Assembly (NCBI GenBank): GCA_013265495.1
Contig: MU057744.1
Coordinates: 682,001 to 746,000 of the forward strand
Origin: Vicugna vicugna
Taxonomy: Eukaryota
Direction: 5' to 3'
Length of the DNA: 64,000 nucleotides
The notes under the pieces are model-generated. The model was not told the DNA's origin, did not search any database, and saw nothing but the letters and a program-made list of their open reading frames with translations. Shown one piece after another: positions 49,330-60,639 of this stretch. Position 1 is the first letter of the stretch; every line of letters begins with the position of its first letter. A program made the position numbers and the translations under genes.

Positions 49330-51115
49330 AAAAAACTTAAAAGACATAAATATTGGAAAGGAAGAGGTAAAACCACTCTGTTCTAAGACAATGATCATTA
49401 ATGTAGAAGATTCTGTAGAATCTATAATATTATTTTAACTAACAATTAAATCTAGCAAGGCTGCAAGATGCACGGTGAATATAAAATTGTATTTCTACAC
49501 ACTAGCATAAAGTAAAATTTTTAAATAATAATGTCTATAACAGCAACAAAAACAAAGAAATTAATAGTAAGAATCTTTAAATGTGCAAGATTCTGTACTA
49601 AAGACTACAAAACACTGCAGAGTGAAATTAAAGAAGACCCAAACAAATGAAGACACAAGTTAGTTTAATGGGTCAATCATAGGATTTAATATCTCTAAGG
49701 TATCAATTCTCCCTAAATGGAGGTAAAGGTCCAGTGCCCTCCACGTCAGAATCCCAGCAGGCCTTTTTTTTTTCCTTTTTGGTAGAAACTTACAAGCTTA
49801 CTCTCAAATGTTTCTGGAAATGCAAAGTGAGGCTCTGGGGGCCACACAAGTGGGGGGCCAGGACGATCTCTCACTGGGAGAATCAGGGTTCTCGGCAGAC
49901 ACTTCCCCCCAAAAGGTCAGGGCAAAAAGGACACAGAGACCCAAACCTTCCACCATACCTAAAAAATAACTCAAAATGAATCAAAGATCTAAATGGAAGA
50001 ACTAAAACTATAAAACTCTTAAAAGGAAGCCAAGGGGAAGGCTTCAGGACACTGGATTTGGCAATGATTTCCTGGATATGACATCAAAAGCAAAAATACA
50101 TAAATGGGACTTTATCAAAACTAAAAAACATTTGTTCATAAAATGAAACAAGCACCAGCTCATGGACGGAGAGAAAATATTTCCAAATCACATACCTGAT
50201 AAGGGGTTAATTATCTAGAATATACAAAAAACTCCAACAACTCAGTAACAACCAAACAATCCAATTACTACATGGGCAACAGCTTGGAGAAGACATTTTT
50301 CCAAAGAAGATACACAAATGGTCCATAGGTGCATGAGAAGATGCTCAACACTGCTGATCATCAGAGAAGTGCAAATCAAAACCACAGTGAGATACCACTT
50401 CACGTGTGAGGGCGGCTGCTATTAAAAAACAGAAAATAATAAGTGCTGACGAGGTAAAAGGGAAGTTGTGGCCTTTGTGCTCTGGTGGTGGGAATACAAA
50501 ACGGTGCAGCTGCTAAGGAAAACAGTACGGCGGTTCCTCAAAAAATTAAAAATAGAGTTACCGTGTAATTCAGCAATTTCATGTCTGGTTTATACCCAAA
50601 AGAAGTGAAAGCAAGGACTCGAATANNNNNNNNNNNNNNNNNNNNNNNNNNNNNNNNNNNNNNNNNNNNNNNNNNNNNNNNNNNNNNNNNNNNNNNNNNN
50701 NNNNNNNNNNNNNNNNNNNNNNNNNNNNNNNNNNNNNNNNNNNNNNNNNNNNNNNNNNNNNNNNNNNNNNNNNNNNNNNNNNNNNNNNNNNNNNNNNNNN
50801 NNNNNNNNNNNNNNNNNNNNNNNNNNNNNNNNNNNNNNNNNAGGTAAGCCAGTTACAAAAGGGCAAATACTGTATGATTCCACTTAGAGGAGGGACCCAG
50901 AACAGGCAAACTCATAGACAGGAAGTAGAATGGGGGTTGCTAAGGGCTGGGGGTGGGGTGGGGGTGGAGGAAGGAGTTGTTATTTCATGGATACAGAGGT
51001 TCAGTTTGGGATGATGAAAAAAGTTCTGGAGACTGACGGTGATGATGGTTGCACAACAATGTGAAAGTACTTAACGGCCTTGAACTCTGCACTTACAAAC
51101 AGCTGAATGTAAAAC
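49330..51115 (+). mobile_element. L1MB-type LINE-1 (degenerate ORF2 pieces and 3' UTR), spanning a gap
   Basis: attggaaaggaagaggtaaaaccactctgttc (KEEVKLSLF-like) ... agagaagtgcaaatcaaaaccacagtgagataccac ... ttcagtttgggatgatgaaaaaagttctggaga. Confidence 0.85.
50626..50841. other. Assembly gap (216 N) inside an old L1
   Basis: Run of N. Confidence 1.
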
Positions 51116-51384
51116 TAAATAGACAGAACACAGTGAGTATTTATCGTGTTGTTTTGGCTCCCTCCCCTCCATCGATCCCACCTCAATCACCTGCTTTTCA
51201 TAGTTTCCCTTGAGATTTCAGCCTCTTCCCTCGGTCTTGGGGGAACATGACTTTCACAGGGAATTTAAGCCACTCCCACGACCTGGGAGTGTGTGCTAGT
51301 GGACACAAAGGAAGAACAGTGATTACCCTTCGAAGGATTTATGCTTCTGGGAGGCAACAAAACACAAAACTCACTTACTCGTCC

Positions 51385-51940
51385 CTTCAGCAAATGTCTT
51401 TTGAGTGCCAAGCACTATCTGGGGATCTGGGAACACCACTGGGAAACACGTACCTCCACGAAACACAACAGGCAACAGTTTCTGGTCGTGCCTGCCTGTA
51501 TTCTTGGTGGGAAGAGATGCACGGGAAACTGAACATATACACTGATATATAATGTATTGAGTGGTGCTGGGTGCTCGATGAAAAACAAAGCAGGATAAAC
51601 GGAGGTTGTAGTTGAAATAGGGACAGTCTTCTCCCAGAGGTGATGTGCTAGCAGAAATGTGAGGGAAGTGAGCAGTGCAAGTGTCTGGAGTGAGAGAGCC
51701 CCAGACAGGGAGACAGCAAGTGCAAAGGCCCTGAGGTGGGAATGTGTGTGCATGTTGAGGGCCCAACCAGAAAGCCTGAGGGCTGCAGCTGGTGAGTGAG
51801 GATGCAGTGGTAGGGAGTGGGGTGGGAGAGGTACTCAGAGGCCATGGAAAGAACTGGTTTTTATTCTGCATGAAGGGTGCATCCATCAGAGGATTTTGTG
51901 CTGGACAAGAACGTGAATCCAATCAAGACCACTTTGCAAG
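51385..51940 (-). mobile_element. L2 3' region
   Basis: cagcaaatgtcttttgagtgccaagcact...cagcaagtgcaaaggccctgaggtgggaatgtg. Confidence 0.75.
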
Positions 51941-52859
51941 AGGCTTCTGAGAAGCATTTTTATTTTGCAGGCTTTTTTGGATCACGTTTCTTCCCTGGTC
52001 AGAAAGGAGAGGGGGTGTGGCAGTGGGCGGGGTCTGTGATGTGGTGATGGACGCAGGAAGAGAAAATAAGGCAGGCAGGAAGGACGGGAGCAGGGAAAGG
52101 AAAAGGAGAAGAAAGACCGGAGGTGGCAAAGAAGCCCAAGCAACATGTCTACCTGGAATTTTTCAAGCAGGCTCTGCAGCCAGAACTGAGGACTGACAAG
52201 AATTTCTCCTGGACTTTCATCTCCAAGAGCTGACGCCTGCTCACTGTTACTTCTTCACTCCCCAGGGGACCCCGATGGCCTGGCAGCCCTGACTGAGTCC
52301 ACAGCCAGAAGCATCTGGGTCTTAGGGTTGGTTTTCTGGCAGAAGTTCGGGATCACAGATAAAACAGAATGGCTTTTCAGAAGTGTCCGACCTCTATCTA
52401 TGGGACCAGAATTCCCCAACTCACAAAACACCTCTCTGAAGCTTTGACAAGCTCTAAGCTAAAGCTCGTTACTGCCTCTGGGCAGATAAGAGGATCCTGT
52501 GACCGGCGGCTGAGGAAAGATGAGTCACTTTGCCAATTTAGCAGGAATGGCAAGACCAAACTCTGCGGATGCACGCAGACACCATAGCAAGCTCACATGA
52601 CGCCCCCCCCCAGGGGTCAGATACCAAGTGGTCTCTGGAAGGAAGGCCTCCCGTTTCTGCTCCCACTCTCAAGCCTGGGGGGTTGGGTGGGCTCAGGAAT
52701 ACGGTGGCTTCATCTAGGGATGGACACCAGGGTCACGCAGAACGACGAAGCACCTGGGTCCAGGGGTCCAGACCCAGTCCCGGGTCTGACTCCCCCCTGC
52801 TCGTTGCTCCACGCCACCAAGGCCGAAGTCATCCCCACCGGCAGTCAGCCCGCACTCAC

Positions 52860-53032
52860 CGGGGCGTGAAGCAGCGCCTTGGCCTCGGTCTTCACCATGG
52901 TGCTTCCCTCCAGGGGGACGCGTTCTATCTTCCCCGTCTGCGCAAAGAGGAGGTGGGTCCCGGGGGGCAGGGGGATCACGGCGGTAGGAACCGGGGGTCC
53001 ATGGTGAATCGGGGGAGCCACGGTGCTCAGAC
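52860..53032 (-). CDS. NID1: NID1 exon 14 (linker and start of G3 beta-propeller), 173 nt
   Basis: (C)LSTVAPPIHHGPPVPTAVIPLPPGTHLLFAQTGKIERVPLEGSTMVKTEAKALLHAP. Acceptor cccag|GT, donor CCG|gtgagt. Confidence 0.97.
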
Positions 53033-53772
53033 CTGGGTGACAGGAGATGTTAATGAGCAGGGCCCGTGTGCAGCAGGAAACTGCAGACACACGTGTGTGC
53101 CCGCGTGCACAGATGCAGAACCCTGAACGGCTCAGCCACGCATGCGCAGTTTACATCTTAAAGCACGAAGGGAAGAAAGACTTGTCAATCAAAGGGCATA
53201 TGTAATGAAGCTACTGCAGGGCATGAGTTTAAAGGTCAAGTGAAAAAAAAAAAAAAAAAGGCATAGCCTCCTCCTTAATAGAAATAACTGAGCGGCTGGT
53301 CCCCAGCTCTGGACGTGGGCTGAAGCAGGACCGAAAACAATGCAATGGCACCAAGCCTGAAACTCCCGCCCACAGGGGGCTCGCACCCCAGGGGGCAGCT
53401 GCCGGGCGGTCTCACGCCCAAGAGACCGTCGGAGGGAACCTGCCCCCATACACCCGATCCCACGGGGGTGGGAGAGTCTTAGACCCCGGAGGCAGGAACT
53501 CGCCCTTCTGGGTTTGGCAGAACGAAATGATGACCGAGGCTAGTCCTCCCGTGGGCTCGGCCCTGTCTCCTACCTGCAGAACTTTAATACCTGGCACAGT
53601 GGCTCCTGGCTCACCCGACAAGAGAGGGCCCAGGAGGGGACAGGCGGCCTGTGCTGCTGGTAAGGACACGCCGTGGGTGTCGAGAAACCACGGCCTCAGA
53701 CCCGGCCCCGCCACGCCTGCCATGTGGATGGGTCATGGACACGCCTGGGCTCCTGGCATTCTAAATGGACTC

Positions 53773-53974
53773 GGGGGAGGTACAGCTCAGTGGTAGAGCG
53801 CGTGCTTAGCACGCGCGAGGTCCTGGGTTCAATCCCCAGTACCTCCATCAAAATAAATAAAAATAAGCCTGATTACCTACCCCCGCCAAATAAAATAAAA
53901 TAAAATAAAATAAAATAAAAGGGACTGTCTCAGTTCCTTTAAAATAATAAATAAATAAATAAAATTTGAAAAAA
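53773..53974 (+). mobile_element. vic-1-type SINE in NID1 intron 13 with a near-intact tRNA-Ala(AGC) head and two-part tail
   Basis: ggaggtacagctcagtggtagagcgcgtgcttagcacgcgcgaggtcctgggttcaatccccagtacctcca, then the vic-1 tail and (TAAAA)n. TSD tggactcgg at 53766-53774 and 53976-53984. Confidence 0.92.
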
Positions 53975-54039
53975 GTGGACTCGGTACCTAAAGGTCCAGG
54001 TGAACTGTGAAGGAGACAAGCGTACCAGGAAAACAGCCC

Positions 54040-54800
54040 CGCCCCGAGCAAGAAGGCCCCGCCCAGGGGCGGGGCTCCAGCTGGCCCCTCCCAGCGCGGC
54101 GCCGTGCCAGCGCAGAGCCGCCTAAGTCCGTGCGCCGCCCGCAGGGTTTGCCCTGGGGGCCCGAGCACAGGCACCCTCTCCGCTGCCAGTCGCAGCCCCA
54201 TGGCAGCAGGACCTGCCTGCCATTTGCGCAGAACAGGTTTGCACAGAGAAGAGGATAGGAGGAGGGAGGCGGCGGGCAGGGAAAGAGGAGGAGAGGAGGC
54301 GGCCGAGGGACGGGGAGGCGGAGAAGAGGGCCGCCGAGGGCAGCGAGGGAGGCGGCTGCGGGCTCGCGCCAGCGGAGCGGTGCGCGACGCAGGGCCGGCG
54401 GGGCGCGCCGAGGCGCCCCCCGCGAGGCTCCCCAGCGCCGACGCGCGCCGGCGGGCGCCGGGGCTCTGGTCCTCCGACTTACAGGGCGGCCTCATCCCGG
54501 GCCTGGTCCTGGTGCCCTCCAGCTCGCGGCCGTCGCGGTCCACGCACCAGCAGTAGCCGGTGCTGCCGTGGCACTGGGTGGGCGCGTAGTGCCCGTGCTC
54601 GTCGCACTCGGGCACGAACAGCCCCGGCGGCCGGGGCCTCTGGGGGTCCGCCGCCCCCGCCGCCCCGAGGATGTGTTCTCGCTCAAGCTGGCATCGGGTT
54701 TTCTCCGCTTCTGTCAGAGGGACAGCAAAGGGACAGGCGTCAGCGGTGTCACCGGCGGGGTTCACCTGCCCGGCTACGGATGTCCCCACACCCGACTCAG
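54040..54800. promoter_or_regulatory. Intragenic CpG island over NID1 exon 13 and the 5' end of intron 13
   Basis: Very dense CpG and GC boxes (gccccgccc, ggggcgggg), extending ~440 nt into the intron. Confidence 0.7.
54483..54710 (-). CDS. NID1: NID1 exon 13 (thyroglobulin type-1 domain), 228 nt
   Basis: (E)AEKTRCQLEREHILGAAGAADPQRPRPPGLFVPECDEHGHYAPTQCHGSTGYCWCVDRDGRELEGTRTRPGMRPP(C), with the CWCV motif. Acceptor ctgacag|AA, donor CCT|gtaagt. Confidence 0.97.
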
Positions 54801-54919
54801 AACCGCGAGCGCTGTCGGTTCATCAGCTGGTTCTGTTTTAATTTTTTCTCTAAAATGTAACCATCATGTAATGAATTGAGTGGTCAAGATTGTATCTCCA
54901 TTTCTTATCTTTCCTAGGC

Positions 54920-55325
54920 TTTTTTTTTTTTTAATCTGAGGCAAAGCTGACCTAAAATCAACATTTGAAAGTGGACAAATCGGGGGCATCCATCACAGTC
55001 ACGATCGGCACCTCTGTGTAGCGCCGGTGCATTCTCCTCACCTCAGAAGGAAACCCCAGACCTATTTTAAGCGGTCGTCTGCCCTTCCTCCTTCCTCCCA
55101 GCCCCTGGTACCACCAGTCTGCAAATGTCCCTAAGGACTGTTCTATTCTGGTTATTTCACAGAACTGTAACCACACAATCTGCGACCTTGTGTCTGTTTT
55201 CACTCAGCAGAACGTTTTCCAGGTTCACCCATGTTGTAGCCACGAAACAGTGCATCATGCCTTTTCATGGCTGAGTAATATCCCATTGCATGGCTACATC
55301 ATGTTCTGTTTATCCGTTGATGGAC
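54920..55325 (-). mobile_element. L1MB-type 3' UTR
   Basis: ttttccaggttcacccatgttgtagc...ttttcatggctgagtaatatcccattgcatgg. Confidence 0.75.
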
Positions 55326-56342
55326 AGCACTGAAATTTGTTTTAAGAAATTTTAAATTCTTCTTAAACGTATCCTTTTTATCATTACCAGCTTCTTGATC
55401 ACCCACACTGAGTCCAGGTCAAAGATTTGGGGCACTGAAGGCCACAAGGTACAAGGGGCAACATTGGTGTTTCCTTTTAATTACATGCTAGTGTTTGGAA
55501 TGAAACATGGCCTCCTGACTGTGCAATTCGGCTCCCAGAACAGGGAAGTACTGCTCTATCTACGGAAATGTTGATGACAAGTTAAGGCCTGGGATAACCA
55601 ACTCCCAAATATGCAGAGTTGCAGCGCATTCCACACTAGCTAGAGTCCAGTTGCCACCACGTCCAGCCAGGCCAATGTCGCCATCCACTCCGCAGCATCG
55701 ACCACACAAAGCGATGCCTACACACTGCCGAGGGCCACACTTCAGCCAAAATGAACCACGTCTGCTGCCCCTCTACTGCAGGCCTTTCCATGTGCAGTTC
55801 ACTGCGACTTCCCCATCCTCCTTGGGTAATCCTGCGAGAATCAGCTCAGGCAGGTCCTCCCTTCAGGAAGGCGTCTCCGGCCCTCCAAGGCTGGGCCCGG
55901 CGCCTCCGTGAGCTGGCAGGGCTCTGGGCTTTTCTGCACCGTGGCTGTTGTCCCACTGACGCTGAGACTCCGAGGGTCTGTTCCTCATCTGCCTTCCTGA
56001 GCAGAGTCTAGGCTCTGAGAGGGTAGGGGCCATGGTCTCCTTCAACCTGACCCAGGAAGCCTGAGTGGGGACACACATGGAATAACCCCCAGGGCCTGCG
56101 CCCCAAGAGCTCACAGCCTGGAGGGAAGGGAACACACAGACACACAGTAACAATCCAGCGAGCAGTGTCTTGACAGAGGAGCCCAGGACATGACAGACAC
56201 ACAGCAGAGGTGCTCGCTGTAGCTACAGCAAGGGCTCACGAGCCAAGGGGTGCTTGAGTGCTTTTATTGATCTTCCCTGGAAGACTGTGGTTATAGAATC
56301 TGGGGCAGGGATGTATCATCCAGGCAGGTTATATAATCTAGA

Positions 56343-56500
56343 GCAGAGGGTAGCTCTTTTCGGCTTTGCGGGCCATATGATCTCTGTCACAAGTCCTCAA
56401 CTCCGTGGTTGATACATGCAGGAATGAGTGTTCCAATAAAACTTTATTTATAAAAACAAACAGTGGGCCAGATTTGGCTTGTGGGGTCTCTAGCTGCCTT
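56343..56500 (-). mobile_element. MER58A-like hAT-Charlie element
   Basis: ggctttgcgggccatatgatctctgtcaca...gttccaataaaactttatttataaaaac..cagtgggccagatttggc. Confidence 0.7.
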
Positions 56501-57249
56501 GGACATTGCTAGATTCGTTGGGGGGAAATTTTTGTATAAATATTCTAATTAATCTATTAATATGTATTAATAGATTCCTTCGTTAGTAATATAGACATTG
56601 TGATAATAGAATATATAATAACATATGACATGTCACAGAATTTTTGTGTCTGAAAAATGGTTTTGACCCTCTGTTCCAGCACTTCTGGTCTTATTCTGGG
56701 CACGCCAACAATGCTGGGTGAGCTGGACCCCCGTCAGCTGTACACCAGCGATGGTGGCAGTAACTAATCCCACGGTATTATTTTGAGGAGTGAGTGGGAC
56801 GTGATGAGACCATGTGCACAGCTGGAACTTTAAGCCCCGTGCTCCAGCATCCATCTGTGACCAGACCCACATACGGCCTTCACAGTGACATTCACGGCAT
56901 GTCCTGCCAATGAACGTTTAAAGTGCCTTCGTCTGGGCTGCCAGGTCTCCGTCAGCCTGCTGGACGTGGCTGCCCCCGCAATCGGAAGCAGTGAGCGCGC
57001 CAGAGAAAATGTTTGTTGAACCTGGCAGGGGAAACTGGGTAAGCTTTCTCTTTGATCCCAGAGGCTGATACAAAACAACCAACCAACCAAAGAAACAAAA
57101 AACAGATCTGATGTAGGAAGAGTGAAACAAAGATACAAATGAGCCACCTGGCTGAGAATAAAAATGTTGATTTTGTTCAGTCTTGGATGCAGGACTTGTT
57201 TACTTCTTCAGGACCTTATGTTTGACAGTTGTGGAGTTTCCACGTAAGC

Positions 57250-57430
57250 CGTCTCCACTCACACACGATGCACAAATTCTCACTGCAATCCTATGCGACA
57301 GGCGTATGGTTTTTGCATCAAATGAGAGAACGGAAGCTCAGATTGGCAAGAGGCTCCCCCAGGCCACAGCACCAGGAGGTGGCTCCACTCAAGCTAGAAC
57401 CTGGGTCCTCTGGACTCGGAGTTCAGCCCC
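57250..57430 (-). mobile_element. MIR SINE
   Basis: caaatgagagaacggaagctcagattggcaagaggctcccccaggccacagc. Confidence 0.5.
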
Positions 57431-59534
57431 CCACACTCTGCACCCACGTGTGCAGTGCCCAGGGTGGCCCCTGGGCACTGAACACGTATGTCAACAGTAA
57501 CACACACACACACACGTTCACACGCTCACCGAACTTAACGGAGGCCCGCAGACTCATTCTCCTTCCATCAGCGTCTGTACACAGTGCTGCCTTTCCAGCT
57601 GGGAAACAGGCCTGGTGTTCTGGGTACTGTCATCCAAAACAAACTTTTAAGGGAGTGGGGGTGGCTCCCCGCTAGGTGGCTGACCGAGTTTTGTGTTGGC
57701 TGATGTACAAATCTCCAGTGATCTAGAATTTACAGTGGAACTTTAAAGTGCTGTATGTTGAACTTAACTAAAGTGGGCGAAACCGTAATTGTGACTTAGG
57801 AAACAGGATTCCATGCATGTTTATGGAAAGCTGTGATTTCACGGGTTTCCTGGGATGGTTTTCCAGCCTGGCCTGCAGGCAGCGAGAGCCACCTCCCCAC
57901 CACGGCGCCGCCTGCCGGGGCCCAGGCCGCGCGGGGAGTGTTCCGCTGTGGGTGCGGTGGGGATGGGGTAATAAAGACTCATGTCCCAGCCTTGTTTCTG
58001 GTGGTGAGATGACACCTGAGGCCAGCTAGTCTCCAGATGAGTCTCTTCACTCATCTAGTCTGATGTGCTCGGGGAAAGAAGCATTTGAGGCCTGACACTT
58101 ATCCGGGGGATAGCAGGGAGCCTGGGGTGACTATTCGCAAGTTGGGGACAAAGAGAATGAGAGGAAAATGAAATAGAGGGAGAAGAAATCTCTTGATTTG
58201 CATTCCACTCCTGTGCCTGATTAAACTTCTTTCTAGGTGCAAATTCAGATAAATAACTGTTGTAGCCTCTGACAGACAGAGTGGGGTGGAGGAACTCGTT
58301 TTGAGGCGGGGGGGGTGCCATTTATTCAACCTCTTCCTGCGCAGCCCACCCTCCTCCGCAGGGGGCCGCCACCTCCCAGCGGCTCTTTTGTGCACACACA
58401 CTGGGGATGCGCTAACACCGTGGTGACGATGCCCGGTCTCTGCTGGGTTTGAGACGTTCTGGCTTGTAGCCTCATCTCATTAGCTGACAGATGGACGGTT
58501 GTTAGTCCAAGATGGCCACATTTCCAACAATGGGAATTCACCGGTAAAGGAAACAGTATCAATCGGATATGGTCTTTGTTTTCATGTTCCTGGGGGTTTA
58601 CTAAGACCACTGCCACCGGAGACAATGACGACGATGGTGGTGGCGGTGGTGGTGCTGGAGGTAAAAATCTCTCTCCTTATGAGCTCAAGTCCCTTCCCAG
58701 CGTTGACTCCCAGTCCTCACAGGACTGGCAAGGAAGGAGAATGCGTGGGCAGGAGGAAATGAACTAACAGTCAGGAAAGGGCAAAAGGCGGAGGGGAGGC
58801 ACAAAGGTCATGAAACAGCAGGAAGTCTGTGCCCTCTCCTCGTGGGGCACTGCACCTCTGGGTTTTACCGGCTCTGTCCCCTGGGGCCCCTCCCTGCATC
58901 CGACTTGTCCCAACACCCTATCAGTGCACGTTTAAATTGTTGTTTCTCAGATCAGGAAACCCACGGACCCTTGAATCATGTATGTGTTTGCATCAAAAGC
59001 GTTTACTGAAACCTCGGCTGAGCCAAGTGCCCTGCAGGCAGTGGGGATTGGTGCTAGGTAGGAGGGTCCTGGGAACTCCCAGGACCCCACCAGGGCACAC
59101 AGTGTGAGGAGCGGCGGGCAGGGGTCTGGACAGGCTGCGTGGGGGCAGAGAGGGCAGTGCCACGGTCAACGGCAATCATTCTGCAGGGTCCCTACTATGC
59201 ACCGAGGGGCCGTGGGGCTGTGCCCGGCAGCCTGACTGACCCACTGAAGGTGGGAGGTTTTCAGCCTGTGCACGGAGGAGGATCAGAAACCAAAAGTCAG
59301 GGTATCGGAGAGGGTGGTTGACACTTTGCTCCCTGGGGTTTTGGTGAGATTTTGAAAAAAAAAGAAGGGACGGAGGGGCCGCAAGGCTCAGCAAGACTGC
59401 TGATTTGGTCATGAGGCACATGAGGTGGTCAGAGGGGCCGCGGGCCTCAAGGCCCTAGGAAGTTCCCCAGCCTCTGGGGATCTGGTTTCAGGCAGCCTCC
59501 GCACCCCGACCTCACCCCAGCTGCTTAACCACAT

Positions 59535-60130
59535 CTCCTCCTCACTCTGCCTCCCCACCTCCTGTTCAAGTCCTACCCGTCATCCAAGGCCGAGTGCAAG
59601 CCCACTTCTCACACCTCCTCTCACCGCGCCAGCCCACCTGGGTCTCCACTCCCAGCCGCGAGTTACCTCTCCCAGACTCACTATGGCGTCAAGTGTCTTC
59701 CCCTGCCCAGTTAGAGTGCAAGCTCCTCCTGAGGGCAGACATGACCGTTTATGTGCCGAGCACAGTGGCAGGGACATCGCAGATGCTCACGGAATACTGA
59801 GCAACTTGATCCCGGCTATGCCGCTTGTGAGCCAGGAGCCTTGGACACGTTAGGTGGCTTCTCAAAACCCTCATCCGTTGAAGGAGGTTCATCGAACCAC
59901 CAGCGACAAAGACCAGCCAAGTGATGGAGAAAACTAAGAGGTATGGTGCCCTGGACACCACATGAAGAAAATGCTGCAGGCGAGAAGGTGAGATTGACTG
60001 TACTGAGCGCTACTAAGAAAGTGGGGGCCTGAGAGCTAACGAAGTGAAGGTCACTGCTGACTTTCACGGCAGCGCTTCCAGGGTGGGGTGGCCGGGCAAA
60101 GCTGACGGCAGCAGTTCAAGGGGGACTGGG
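59535..60130. mobile_element. Two L2 fragments (+ at 59535-59805; - at 59860-60130)
   Basis: ttagagtgcaagctcctcctgagggcaga...gcacagtggcagggacatcgcagatgctc; gaaggtcactgctgactttcacggcagcgcttccaggg. Confidence 0.5.
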
Positions 60131-60639
60131 AGATTCTAGGAAGAAGATAATAGCCTAGTTTTAGGATCGCATTACAGAGTAACCACAAAATCCGTGGGCA
60201 ACGTTTACAGTGAAGTGAGGTGACGAGGTCGTCCCGTGAGCCCCCAAACACAAGAAGGTGAGGACACACCACCACCGGGGATCAGTGTCTGTGCGGAGAG
60301 GGGAGCAGCAGGGCACCTAGCCGCTCTGGGGATGGGAAAGCCCCAAAGAGCACCAGGTACCCAGCTAGGAAGCAGTCCCGTTTGAAAGCAGCAGCTGAAC
60401 CTTGGGAGGGATTTTCCTCCTCCCAGGTAGAATGTGAAGCTGACAGGGGCTGGCAGATCTCACCCCCACGGGGAGAAGGCGCTGGGAATGCAGTCAGACC
60501 TAGGCAGGCGGAGACGGCTGAGTGGGGGAGGGGAAGCAGAGCCAGGGGATCTTACACGCAAGCGAAATATTTTTAAACATGTCACCAGAAGAACAGAAGA
60601 GGAAACTCTGCGCGGTTAGGAAAGCTATCCGAACCAAGC

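Noticed and set aside
49010-49790. Opposite-strand L1 pieces as a second twin-priming event
   Set aside because: The minus piece covers the same L1 region that recurs in the plus element near 50.0-50.2 kb with different sequence, so they are separate insertions.
14894-53847. Seven tRNA-Ala(AGC)-like sequences as real tRNA genes
   Set aside because: All share the same downstream tail (aataaa..aacctaatta/cacctcc), have A-rich ends and often TSDs, and lack a nearby T4 terminator, so they are SINE heads.
53848-54789. 313-aa ORF, and ORFs 44076-44879, 45010-45447 and 41952-42428, as independent genes
   Set aside because: Each is a NID1 exon extended by intronic read-through; only the exon part is credible.
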